DNA of 64,000 nt from a virus. Shown in pieces: positions 8,950-17,697 of this stretch. The DNA lies in the IMG/VR virus record IMGVR_UViG_3300042485_001041, positions 17,219-81,218 of that record; one strand, 5' to 3'. How positions within the stretch are numbered: position 1 is the first letter of the stretch; the number at the start of each line of letters is the position of its first letter. A program made the position numbers and the translations under genes. The notes beneath the pieces were generated by a model that was not told where the DNA came from, did no database searches, and saw only the letters and a program-made list of their open reading frames with translations.

Positions 8950-9267
8950 ATGGCACAAAGAGTTGCTAAAACTAATAGGGCAAAAGCCCCAGACTTTATT
9001 GCCAGCAAGATTCCTTTTGAGGCATCAGCGCTATCTGGCTTAGAAGGCTCACGCCACGATACTGGAATGATGCCAGAGAGTGAAGCATCACGTTACAAGA
9101 GCGCAAATCCTTCTTATACAGTTATGTCCTATGGAACCCCTATTGCCTGGCATGGTGATAGCGGTTGGGATATGTCAGCAGCAAAACATTCAAGAACTAC
9201 TTCACGCCATCAAGGTATCGTTCGCCGCGCTATCTTCCAAGACGGCCATGATGGAGCACGTCAATAA
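8950..9267 (+). CDS. Hypothetical protein, paralog of 28193-28486
   Basis: Shared SYGTPIAWHG...TTSxHQGxVRRAI. Confidence 0.75.
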   Translation: MAQRVAKTNRAKAPDFIASKIPFEASALSGLEGSRHDTGMMPESEASRYKSANPSYTVMSYGTPIAWHGDSGWDMSAAKHSRTTSRHQGIVRRAIFQDGHDGARQ

Positions 9268-9440
9268 TGTCTAACCTTTCCTCTAATCAATTTAATAAGA
9301 AATCTTTTAAAAACATGGTTATGGGTGCTCGTCAAATTACAGGGAAAAATAAAAATAAGAAGTTAAAGCGCGACCCTAATCAACGGATACCTAATCCATC
9401 AAAGGGTATTGGAATTGAGTACGCGAATAACAACGGATAA
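9267..9440 (+). CDS. 57-aa basic peptide with NLSxxQF leader (not in ORF track)
   Basis: Own translation MSNLSSNQFNKKSFKNM...; TAATG coupling. Confidence 0.65.
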   Translation: MSNLSSNQFNKKSFKNMVMGARQITGKNKNKKLKRDPNQRIPNPSKGIGIEYANNNG

Positions 9441-9475
9441 TCTGTTAAGATAATCGGACTACTACAAGGAGCACA

Positions 9476-10021
9476 ATGAGTAACGTACCTCTACTAGGAC
9501 AAAAGAAACAAGAAGAGCCGATGATTCGGCTGCTATTCTGTCTTGTCTGCCAAACTATTGATGAGTTACCGCCCTATGAAGGGCCAGAAGAACAAGATCA
9601 CCTTCTCACTATTGCGTGTGAAGCACACGTGTTTCCATCAGGTGAACCCCACAAAGGTAAGTTATTCGTACTACCTATTCGTGCTTGGGCACATACTGAA
9701 TCAAAGAAAGAAATTATTCGCCAGATTAAAGGCGGAGGATCTGCTGGTTTAGCATCCATTGATGAGACCTTCTACGAGTCACGTTCTACCTTTATGGAAG
9801 ATGCTATGACTTGCTACAAGCGTCATAACAAACCAAAAGATGGATGCCCTGATTGGCACGATAATGATTTAATGTTGATTCCTAAGACTGAAAAAGATCG
9901 TATCAAAGAAGGCATGGGAAGTTATAAGGATGCTCCTGGGCCAAAGACTTACTTATGTGATTTCTGCCCTGTTGCAATCGGTGTAGCAGAGCGTAAACAA
10001 AAACTGTTAGGACTAAAATAA
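9476..10021 (+). CDS. Cys/His-rich hypothetical (Zn-binding) protein
   Basis: CLVC, CxxH, CDFC; RBS AAGGAG. Confidence 0.75.
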   Translation: MSNVPLLGQKKQEEPMIRLLFCLVCQTIDELPPYEGPEEQDHLLTIACEAHVFPSGEPHKGKLFVLPIRAWAHTESKKEIIRQIKGGGSAGLASIDETFYESRSTFMEDAMTCYKRHNKPKDGCPDWHDNDLMLIPKTEKDRIKEGMGSYKDAPGPKTYLCDFCPVAIGVAERKQKLLGLK

Positions 10022-10299
10022 TGGGCGAATCAAAAAAGATCCAGGCTGGATTCTCAGTAATGATAAACGAAGATGGAACACTAACAACTACAGTCTTTCC
10101 TGCAGATGAGAACGTAGCAAGACAAGCAACTACCTTTGACATCTACGGATGTAGCAAAGAGTTAGTAGATGACATTGAAAGCCAACTACTGGCTGACCGT
10201 GTTGCCAAGGCTGTTATCGCCAAGTTAATGCCACCTACGCCAGAAGAAATGGCAAAGGCTCGTATTGCTGAGGCTTTAGCCGAACGTAAGTCTGAATAA
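10021..10299 (+). CDS. Hypothetical protein
   Basis: Coupled ORF. Confidence 0.7.
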   Translation: MGESKKIQAGFSVMINEDGTLTTTVFPADENVARQATTFDIYGCSKELVDDIESQLLADRVAKAVIAKLMPPTPEEMAKARIAEALAERKSE

Positions 10300-10316
10300 C
10301 CACATAAACTAGGGGT

Positions 10317-11255
10317 ATGAATCGCCCTGACGGATTAGACCAGATAGTCGGCCCAGTAGTCGTACAGGGTTCTGCTACCTCTTACTTCTCATCCCCAGAA
10401 TCTGGGCTTGATCCAAAGTTATTTACTGGCACTACCTTAAATGGTTGGGTGCGTAATGGTTTGCTACAACTGCTATTTGGTTTCCTAGGCGAAGAATACC
10501 GTCACTCAGATATTTGGGCAAAGGTATGGATCGCTGGTTCTGGCGTATCCTACCAATGGTCTGCTGCTCGTGAGCCAGGAGACTTAGATGTTCTAATTGG
10601 CGTTGACTACATTCAATTCCGCAAAGCACATCCAGAGTATTCAGGTCTAACTGATCTTGAAATTAGCAAGATGCTTAATGAAGATTTCCGCGAGCACTTA
10701 CAACCAGAGACAAAGAACTGGAACGGTTACGAAGTAACTTTCTATGTTAATCCTGGCGCTACAGATATTAGATCAATCAAACCATACGCTGCCTATGACT
10801 TGACTCATAGCGAGTGGACTGTCTTCCCTGAAAGATTTGGCGCTCCACATAACGCTGTATGGGAAGAGATGGCAATCAGAGATCGCACTAATGCGATGGA
10901 TATTGTTGCTCGTTACTCAAAAGCGATGACAGATGTACGTGGAGCACAGAACGATCCAGCACGCCGTAACGCAGAGTCACGGCTACAACAGGCGCTGATG
11001 CAGGGTCATATGTTGTTTGATGACCTTCACGCAGCACGTCGCTTAGCATTTAGTTCTACAGGGCAGGGTTACTCTGACTTCTATAACTACCGCTGGCAAG
11101 CAGGTAAGAAGTATGGAACTGTACCTGCTCTTCGTCAGATGCACGAGTACTGGCAAGCATCTAAGAAAAAAGAAGCAGATGAAACTTACGGTATTGAACT
11201 ACCAGATACCAACACCTTGATTCGTAGAGCAGCAACGTATAGGGCAAAAGGATGA
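10317..11255 (+). CDS. Pol-beta-superfamily nucleotidyltransferase-like protein
   Basis: hhAGS-x11-GDLDV motif followed by a helical C-terminal domain. Confidence 0.7.
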   Translation: MNRPDGLDQIVGPVVVQGSATSYFSSPESGLDPKLFTGTTLNGWVRNGLLQLLFGFLGEEYRHSDIWAKVWIAGSGVSYQWSAAREPGDLDVLIGVDYIQFRKAHPEYSGLTDLEISKMLNEDFREHLQPETKNWNGYEVTFYVNPGATDIRSIKPYAAYDLTHSEWTVFPERFGAPHNAVWEEMAIRDRTNAMDIVARYSKAMTDVRGAQNDPARRNAESRLQQALMQGHMLFDDLHAARRLAFSSTGQGYSDFYNYRWQAGKKYGTVPALRQMHEYWQASKKKEADETYGIELPDTNTLIRRAATYRAKG

Positions 11256-11776
11256 GTCAAGATTACGTAGGTCAACACTCTGCGCCAGATCCTGAATTTG
11301 GTGCTCCGATGCACGATGTCACTGCTAATGGTATGTACCCAAAAGATTTTTATGAAAAATCTCATCACTATGTTAGCGGTGCTGAAACAGGTTCACACGA
11401 ATCAATGAGCGCAGTTCGTGCTGTTAAAGGTAAACGGCACGCTTATGTAACTGTGTATCGTGCTGTGCCTCACGGAGTAAAAGGCGCAAAGATTAATGAA
11501 GGAGACTGGGTTACTCCCTCAAGAGAGTACGCCAAAGAACATGGTCGCTCTAACTTAAATAGCAAATATAGAATTATTAGTGTTAAAGCAAAAGCAGGAC
11601 ATCTTTGGAACGATGCTAACTCTATAAACGAATGGGGCTATCATCCATCGGCTCATATAGAGCCTCGTACCCCCGAAGAGAATGCAAAAAGACAAGCAGA
11701 CTTTGCAGCCCTTAACGAACGTTTGCAATCTAGAAAGGCTCATTTACAAGCCTTTGAAGAAGGAGCAGGAAGATGA
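11252..11776 (+). CDS. Putative ADP-ribosyltransferase-fold protein
   Basis: VTVYRAVP...GDWVTPSREYAKEHG...NEWGY pattern (R, S/T, E). Confidence 0.55.
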   Translation: MSQDYVGQHSAPDPEFGAPMHDVTANGMYPKDFYEKSHHYVSGAETGSHESMSAVRAVKGKRHAYVTVYRAVPHGVKGAKINEGDWVTPSREYAKEHGRSNLNSKYRIISVKAKAGHLWNDANSINEWGYHPSAHIEPRTPEENAKRQADFAALNERLQSRKAHLQAFEEGAGR

Positions 11777-12225
11777 GCGCACGTAATTTATCTTTGGCAC
11801 AGCACCTTGCTGCTGGTCAACTACCTATGTTTATGACAGGTAAAGAGATACAGACTCATTTACATCCCTTTCATGGTGATCGTGAAGGGGTGGCCACAGA
11901 CAAGCCAGATCCAGAAGAATGGGGTGGCAAAGAACTTCGACCAGAAACTAATAAAGAAGTGTGGGAAAGAAAGTACGACGAGTCAGTAACTAATGCTGAC
12001 ATGGGTGGCGCAGAGCACGGTGATAAGTACAGTAACTTGGCACAGGATATAGCCCATGAAGGTTTTAAATCCCCCCGTATTCCTGTAAACCTAGACAGAC
12101 AAGAGGTATTGGGTGGTCATCATAGAGTTGCAGTTGGGGCTGAAGAGCACCCTAACCATCTTTTTCCAGTAGTACATTATGACAACATACACGAAGCAAG
12201 GCATCAATTAAAAGAGCACTATTAA
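11773..12225 (+). CDS. ParB/Srx-like protein
   Basis: IxxEG..P...VLGGHHRVA; leader MSARNLS. Confidence 0.65.
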   Translation: MSARNLSLAQHLAAGQLPMFMTGKEIQTHLHPFHGDREGVATDKPDPEEWGGKELRPETNKEVWERKYDESVTNADMGGAEHGDKYSNLAQDIAHEGFKSPRIPVNLDRQEVLGGHHRVAVGAEEHPNHLFPVVHYDNIHEARHQLKEHY

Positions 12226-12232
12226 GGACTAA

Positions 12233-12721
12233 ATGAACGTACTACTATCACTAGACGGAATACTAAGTTCGGAATCAGGCGAGCCAAACCGAGCAGGAGT
12301 ACTTCTCTACTACGCCCTAAACACTAACAACCGCGTAGCCATCATCACCTCTCGCAAGAAAGAGGATGCCGAGCACTGGCTCTTCTCTCACGGAATTATT
12401 GGCTATGACGATTTGATGTCGTTGGAAGTCCACCTTGAAGGTGAGGACTTAAAGAAACGACAGTTTACTTTGAGCCGTAGTCGTGCTCCGATCGAGATGT
12501 ACGTTGACTCTGACCCTTCAATGTGTGCGTGGGTCTTTGAGCATCATGCCGTACCCACTATCTTGCTCTCACACCCCAGTTACATCCCAGTTGAGTTCCG
12601 ACCAGATGCCCCACAGGGCGTTCGCAAGTGGTCTGACATAGAGGCTGCCATCACTCGTGTGAATGTCGCTAAGTCCAAGGGTGCAGGTCAACCTAAAGAC
12701 TTAGAGTTCTGGCAAGACTAA
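12233..12721 (+). CDS. HAD-superfamily-like protein (degenerate motif I)
   Basis: hhhSLDGIL, IITSR, MYVDSD. Confidence 0.55.
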   Translation: MNVLLSLDGILSSESGEPNRAGVLLYYALNTNNRVAIITSRKKEDAEHWLFSHGIIGYDDLMSLEVHLEGEDLKKRQFTLSRSRAPIEMYVDSDPSMCAWVFEHHAVPTILLSHPSYIPVEFRPDAPQGVRKWSDIEAAITRVNVAKSKGAGQPKDLEFWQD

Positions 12722-14226
12722 TGAATATCATCTTTTCTGGCGCTGAGGTAGGTTCTAATCGAACTCTCCTGGAGGGCCAAAAAGTTACTTACATGGGCAT
12801 CAACTACTTTAACTTGCGTAAGCGGGGATTGCCCAAAACTAAGTTGTGGCTTATAAGCGAACACTTTACTCCAGAAACTCAGGTCTATATCGAGTCTGGG
12901 GCTAAGCAAGCCGAGAAGAATAACCTATCCCGCCAAGAGTTAGTTGACTTGGCCGCTGACTATCAAGAGTTTCTTGTCAACAATGCCGACCGAGCATTTG
13001 CCTTTACTGAGTTCGATTCAACAGTATTGGGTTTGGAATGGGTGAAAGAACAGCGCCCCTTTTTCAGTAACGATCCAAAACTATGGGTAGTATGGCATCA
13101 AGAGTACGGGATGCAGGAGTTAGCATCTATGTCCGAATTATACCGAAATGTCGTTATACCTAATGAAGCAATAGAAGCCCTAACTAACTTGGCGGCCCTA
13201 ACAAGGAGTTACTCCAGACAGTTTGGAACTAACTTTCATGCCCTGGCTTGTGCTAAACCCGACAACCTAAGACAGATACCATTTGCCACAGCAAGCACAA
13301 TGTCATGGCTTTCACCCATGCGTAGAGGTGAGACGATCGTCTGGGATGGAAGCAAGTTAGTCCGTTATCCAAAACGAATGAAGGATCAAGCACGACCTCG
13401 CTACAAGGCAATACTACAGAGCGCAGGACTAGACTATTCAGCGTTTACCGCAGATACTAACCAAGAAGGCACTAAGGTAGCCGTCTGGTCATACAAGAAA
13501 CTAGAGGAATCAATGGACAAGAAATCACCTAACTTCCACATCATCGAGGGTGGTAAAGAGCCCCTAGTATCTGATAACAGCGATGACACCTTATACAGTG
13601 GTTTGATGGAATTAGGGGGTATACCTTCTGATAACAGTGGTGTTGAGATGCGGAAAAAAGAACCAACAGAAGTGATTCAACGCTCCCCAGAAGAGATGCA
13701 GAATCTCCCTGTTTTTGGTTTTAAGATGAAAACAATTGTCGATACCGATGATGAAGGTCGAGAGGTTTTAAAAGATGTTCCAGTTATTCAAACGCAAAAT
13801 TCGTCGCTACGTCAATGTGACACTTGCTTTGTCGCCGCTAACTGTCCTGCTTTCAAGCCTAGTAATAATTGCGCTTTTAATCTCCCAGTAGAAGTAAAGA
13901 CTAAAGATCAACTCAAAGCATTAATGACTGCAATGATTGAAATGCAGGGGCAAAGAGTTGCTTTTATGCGTTTTGCTGAAGAAATGAATGGTGGATACGC
14001 AGATCCCAATGTATCTCAAGAAATAGATCGCCTATTTAAATTGGTTGGCAATCTTAAAGATATGGAAACCAATAAAGAGTTTATCCAGATCACAGCACAG
14101 CGCCAATCTTCTGGCGGAGTTCTCTCTGCGATCTTTGGAGATCGTGCTCAGGCACTCCGAGAGTTGCCAGAAACTCTAAAAGAAGAGAGTGTGACAAGGA
14201 TCATCTCGGAATCTATCGAAGACTAA
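12721..14226 (+). CDS. Two-domain protein: degenerate TGT-like TIM barrel plus Cys4/helical domain
   Basis: YIESGA...FH..A...L..IPF...STMSW resembles TGT-like DSG/H/DSxSW motifs; C-terminal CDTC-x5-C-x8-C. Confidence 0.45.
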   Translation: MNIIFSGAEVGSNRTLLEGQKVTYMGINYFNLRKRGLPKTKLWLISEHFTPETQVYIESGAKQAEKNNLSRQELVDLAADYQEFLVNNADRAFAFTEFDSTVLGLEWVKEQRPFFSNDPKLWVVWHQEYGMQELASMSELYRNVVIPNEAIEALTNLAALTRSYSRQFGTNFHALACAKPDNLRQIPFATASTMSWLSPMRRGETIVWDGSKLVRYPKRMKDQARPRYKAILQSAGLDYSAFTADTNQEGTKVAVWSYKKLEESMDKKSPNFHIIEGGKEPLVSDNSDDTLYSGLMELGGIPSDNSGVEMRKKEPTEVIQRSPEEMQNLPVFGFKMKTIVDTDDEGREVLKDVPVIQTQNSSLRQCDTCFVAANCPAFKPSNNCAFNLPVEVKTKDQLKALMTAMIEMQGQRVAFMRFAEEMNGGYADPNVSQEIDRLFKLVGNLKDMETNKEFIQITAQRQSSGGVLSAIFGDRAQALRELPETLKEESVTRIISESIED

Positions 14227-14398
14227 CTTATCTGATAACAGTAAGTGGAGGATAGTGGATCAAGGTGGATAGGCTTTTACCCTTTTGTCCAACGCAAAAG
14301 TAGTAAAGCAAGTTAGCAAGTATGTGATAGGTTTCCAACCATCACAATGAACTCCCTTGTGAGGGGTATTTAATCATTTATAGAAATAGGGTAGGTGT

Positions 14399-16438
14399 AT
14401 GTCGTTATTTTCATTTAAGTTAGCCGAAGAGTTTGTGGCTCCGTATCGATCAAAGCAAGCGCCATTTGGATACCGAGATGCTGCTGGTAACTCCGTAGGT
14501 GAGATCACTTTCTTGCGTACCTATTCACGCCTTAAGGCAGATGGTACGAAAGAAACTTGGGTCGATGTCTGCGAACGAGTCATCAACGGTATGTACTCGC
14601 TTCAAAAGGATCACGCCAAAGTAAGTCGCCTACCTTGGTCAGATGCCAAGGCAGCCTCATCTGCTAAAGAAGCCTTTGATCGACTCTTCCAACTTAAGTG
14701 GACACCACCTGGCCGAGGACTATGGGTAATGGGAACTTCGCTTGTCAATGAACAGCGCAACTCCGCAGCCCTTCAAAACTGCGCCTTCGTATCTACGGGA
14801 TCAATGACCAAGAACGATCCAGCAAAGCCATTCGCATTCCTAATGGAAGCATCAATGCTCGGAGTGGGCGTTGGCTTTGACGATAAGGGTGCAGATAAAG
14901 AATTTAACATCTATGAACCACAAGGAGAATACACCTATGACATCCCAGACACCAGAGAAGGATGGGTCGAGTCAACCGCAGCCCTCATCAATTCCTTCCT
15001 ACGACCAGATTCGAAAACTCCAGTATTTGGTTACGAAGCGATCCGCCCAGCAGGTGAACCGATCAAGACGTTCGGTGGAACCGCAGCGGGAGCAGACCCC
15101 TTAATTCGTTTACATAACTACATCACTAAGATGTTTACTGGTCGTGCTGGCCAGAAACTAACTCGTGTAGATATTGCTGACATCGGAAACATGATTGGTG
15201 TTTGCGTTGTATCAGGCAACGTTCGTAGATCAGCAGAGTTACTTATTGGTCGTGTAGATGACCAAGACTTCCTTAACCTAAAGAACGCAGAGAAGTTCCC
15301 AGAGCGTAACTCTTACGATCCTGCTAACCCAGGTTGGGCTTGGATGTCTAACAATTCTGTGGCTGTTAATGTCGGAGATAACCTAGATAACATCATCGAT
15401 GGCATCGCTCGTAATGGTGAGCCAGGAGTTATCTGGATGGACATCTCTAAGCAATATGGTCGCCTTGCTGACCCAATCAACAACAAGGACTGGCGCATTG
15501 CTGGTTACAACCCCTGTGCTGAACAATCACTTGAATCTTACGAGTGTTGTACTTTGGTTGAAACTTACTTAAACCGTCACGAGAACCTTGAAGACTTCAA
15601 GCGCACTTTAAAGTTTGCTTATCTTTACGCTAAGACTGTTACTTTACTTCCAACTCACTGGGAAGAAACTAACGCCATCATGCAGCGTAACCGCCGTATT
15701 GGTACATCTGTATCTGGTGTTGCTAACTTCGCAGATAACAAAGGACTTCCAATTCTGCGTCAATGGATGGATGAAGGTTACAAAGTTATCCAAGGCTACG
15801 ATAAGACTTACTCCGAATGGCTTGGTGTTCGTGAGTCAATCAAGATGACTACTGTTAAGCCATCAGGCACAGTAAGTATCTTGGCTGGTGAAAGTCCAGG
15901 AGTTCACTGGACTGTTGGTGGTAAGTATTTCTATCGCGCTATTCGTTTTGCTAATAGCGATCCGATGCTTCCGCTATTCCAGATGGCTAACTACCGAGTA
16001 GAACCCGCATCGGAATCGCCCGAAACAACTTCTGTTGTATTTTTCCCAGTAAAGTCTGAGGCTAAAAGAAGTGAGAAGGATGTAAGTATCTACGAGAAGA
16101 TGGCACTCGCTGCTACTGCTCAACGATACTGGTCTGACAACTCTGTATCTGTAACTATCTCTTTTGATCCAGAGACAGAAGCCTCGGCTATTGGTACGGC
16201 TTTACATATGTACGATGGTCAACTAAAGACTGTTTCGTTCTTGCCTTCTGGTAATGCTATCTACCCACAGATGCCTTACACACAGATTACTGAAGAAGAG
16301 TATGAAGCAGAGGGAGTAATGAAACTATTCCCTATCGATCTTGCTGGTGTCTATGCTGGTATGGCTTCTGATGCTATTGGTGAGGCTTACTGTACGACTG
16401 ATGCTTGCGAAGTGAAGTTAATTAAAGATAACCAGTAA
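14399..16438 (+). CDS. nrdJ: Class II (B12-dependent) ribonucleotide reductase
   Basis: PPGRGLW, NC, GNVRRSAE, NPCAE, TVKPSGT and C-terminal CTTDAC. Confidence 0.93.
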   Translation: MSLFSFKLAEEFVAPYRSKQAPFGYRDAAGNSVGEITFLRTYSRLKADGTKETWVDVCERVINGMYSLQKDHAKVSRLPWSDAKAASSAKEAFDRLFQLKWTPPGRGLWVMGTSLVNEQRNSAALQNCAFVSTGSMTKNDPAKPFAFLMEASMLGVGVGFDDKGADKEFNIYEPQGEYTYDIPDTREGWVESTAALINSFLRPDSKTPVFGYEAIRPAGEPIKTFGGTAAGADPLIRLHNYITKMFTGRAGQKLTRVDIADIGNMIGVCVVSGNVRRSAELLIGRVDDQDFLNLKNAEKFPERNSYDPANPGWAWMSNNSVAVNVGDNLDNIIDGIARNGEPGVIWMDISKQYGRLADPINNKDWRIAGYNPCAEQSLESYECCTLVETYLNRHENLEDFKRTLKFAYLYAKTVTLLPTHWEETNAIMQRNRRIGTSVSGVANFADNKGLPILRQWMDEGYKVIQGYDKTYSEWLGVRESIKMTTVKPSGTVSILAGESPGVHWTVGGKYFYRAIRFANSDPMLPLFQMANYRVEPASESPETTSVVFFPVKSEAKRSEKDVSIYEKMALAATAQRYWSDNSVSVTISFDPETEASAIGTALHMYDGQLKTVSFLPSGNAIYPQMPYTQITEEEYEAEGVMKLFPIDLAGVYAGMASDAIGEAYCTTDACEVKLIKDNQ

Positions 16439-16461
16439 CGCTTCTGGTATTGCTTTGGCTT

Positions 16462-16493
16462 AAGCCCTGCCTTCTGGTAGGGCTTTTGCTTTT
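16462..16493 (+). terminator. Intrinsic terminator after nrdJ
   Basis: AAGCCCTGCC-TTCT-GGTAGGGCTT hairpin followed by T-rich tail, at the convergence of the two blocks. Confidence 0.7.
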
Positions 16494-16619
16494 GCTATGG
16501 CTTTGGTTCTAACTTGTCTACATAACTACCGATTGGCTCTGCGTGTTCATCACAGCAGAGTGAGCCATCTACCCAGATGTACCATTCAACTGGTTGTAAG
16601 CAATCCTCAACATAGCAAT

Positions 16620-17012
16620 TCATGCTTCTGGTATCGCTTCACAAACAAACCCACTATGAGAAGCAAGGATTCGCTCACATAAGACGCTATTTGCCATCAT
16701 CTTGCCCTGCTTCTTGGTAAGTCCTTTGGCTGGGTGGGTATCTAAGATGTTGTTACAGGTAGGACAGACAAGCACAAAGTTATTTTTTAGCGGGGGTCTG
16801 TCGCCGTAGGTCTGTATCTTCCAACCCAACTGAACTAACTTGCCCCAGAACAGTTCTTCTACCTCAATGTCGGCAAAGGGCTCACTCCAGTCAAGAGGTA
16901 ACTCTTCCTGATGCCAACCCTCTTGGTAGGACTTACTTCGAGAGTGCTCTTGCTTTTCGTAGTGCTTCTGCTTCAACTCCTGCTGATGTTGCTTGTACGG
17001 ATCTCTGATCAT
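16620..17012 (-). CDS. Hypothetical Zn-binding protein
   Basis: CPTC...H...C; GGGGG RBS-like stretch upstream. Confidence 0.6.
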   Translation of the reverse strand: MIRDPYKQHQQELKQKHYEKQEHSRSKSYQEGWHQEELPLDWSEPFADIEVEELFWGKLVQLGWKIQTYGDRPPLKNNFVLVCPTCNNILDTHPAKGLTKKQGKMMANSVLCERILASHSGFVCEAIPEA

Positions 17013-17067
17013 TTAATGCCCCCTAACTAACTAACTTCACCTGGCAGCCAGGTAGAGTTACTTTGGA

Positions 17068-17101
17068 GATAGCCCCCCGTCATTTCTGACGAGGGGCTAT
17101 C
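17068..17101. terminator. GC-rich hairpin downstream of the lysozyme-like gene
   Basis: GATAGCCCC-c-CGTCA...TGACG-a-GGGGCTATC inverted repeat. Confidence 0.6.
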
Positions 17102-17106
17102 CCGAT

Positions 17107-17697
17107 CTACTGCGTTTTTGCTTCTGCTATGGCTTTTGCTTTTGCTTTCGCTATTGCTTTGGCTTTGACTTCAGGGAACTTTGCCAGCCATGCTTTCGTT
17201 CTGGCTGTCATACCTTTCCACGAAGCCCAGTTTTCGCCCCCGTTGCTCATGTGATAAGCAATTTGGGCGTTAATCACAGGGTTTAGCAATTCGGCATTAG
17301 ATTCTAAGCCAAACTTTTCTCTGCGATCTGCGCCTAACCCACCGATCATATTGATCTGGAATACTCCGTATGAACTGTCACCAGTCTTACGATTTCCGTT
17401 ATAGGCGAGTGGTCGACCATTTGATTCTTTCTTCGCTACTGCCCATGCTTCTCGTAGGTCTTTCCCTTCGAACCCAACCGCATTTAGTAGTTCTACTAAC
17501 TGGTGGTCAGTCAAAGAGTCCGAGTTATGATACTTGGACAGGATTACTTCTTCGTATTGCTTTACTGCTACTAACGCTTCGGCTCTGGTCGGAGTAAAGG
17601 CTGGCGGTAAACCGACAACCCCATTAAGTACCACGAACATCGCTGTAAACAGCGAACCGAATACGATCTTGCCTTTTCGAGTTAGTTTCATCATCAC
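17107..17697 (-). CDS. Membrane-anchored lysozyme-like/transglycosylase protein
   Basis: N-terminal TM; AVAKKES catalytic Glu; SYGVFQIN; Lys/Ala tail. Confidence 0.85.
   Translation of the reverse strand: MMMKLTRKGKIVFGSLFTAMFVVLNGVVGLPPAFTPTRAEALVAVKQYEEVILSKYHNSDSLTDHQLVELLNAVGFEGKDLREAWAVAKKESNGRPLAYNGNRKTGDSSYGVFQINMIGGLGADRREKFGLESNAELLNPVINAQIAYHMSNGGENWASWKGMTARTKAWLAKFPEVKAKAIAKAKAKAIAEAKTQ

Noticed and set aside
14227-14398. Cobalamin riboswitch upstream of nrdJ
   Set aside because: I could not find the conserved B12-box elements; only a short hairpin is visible.
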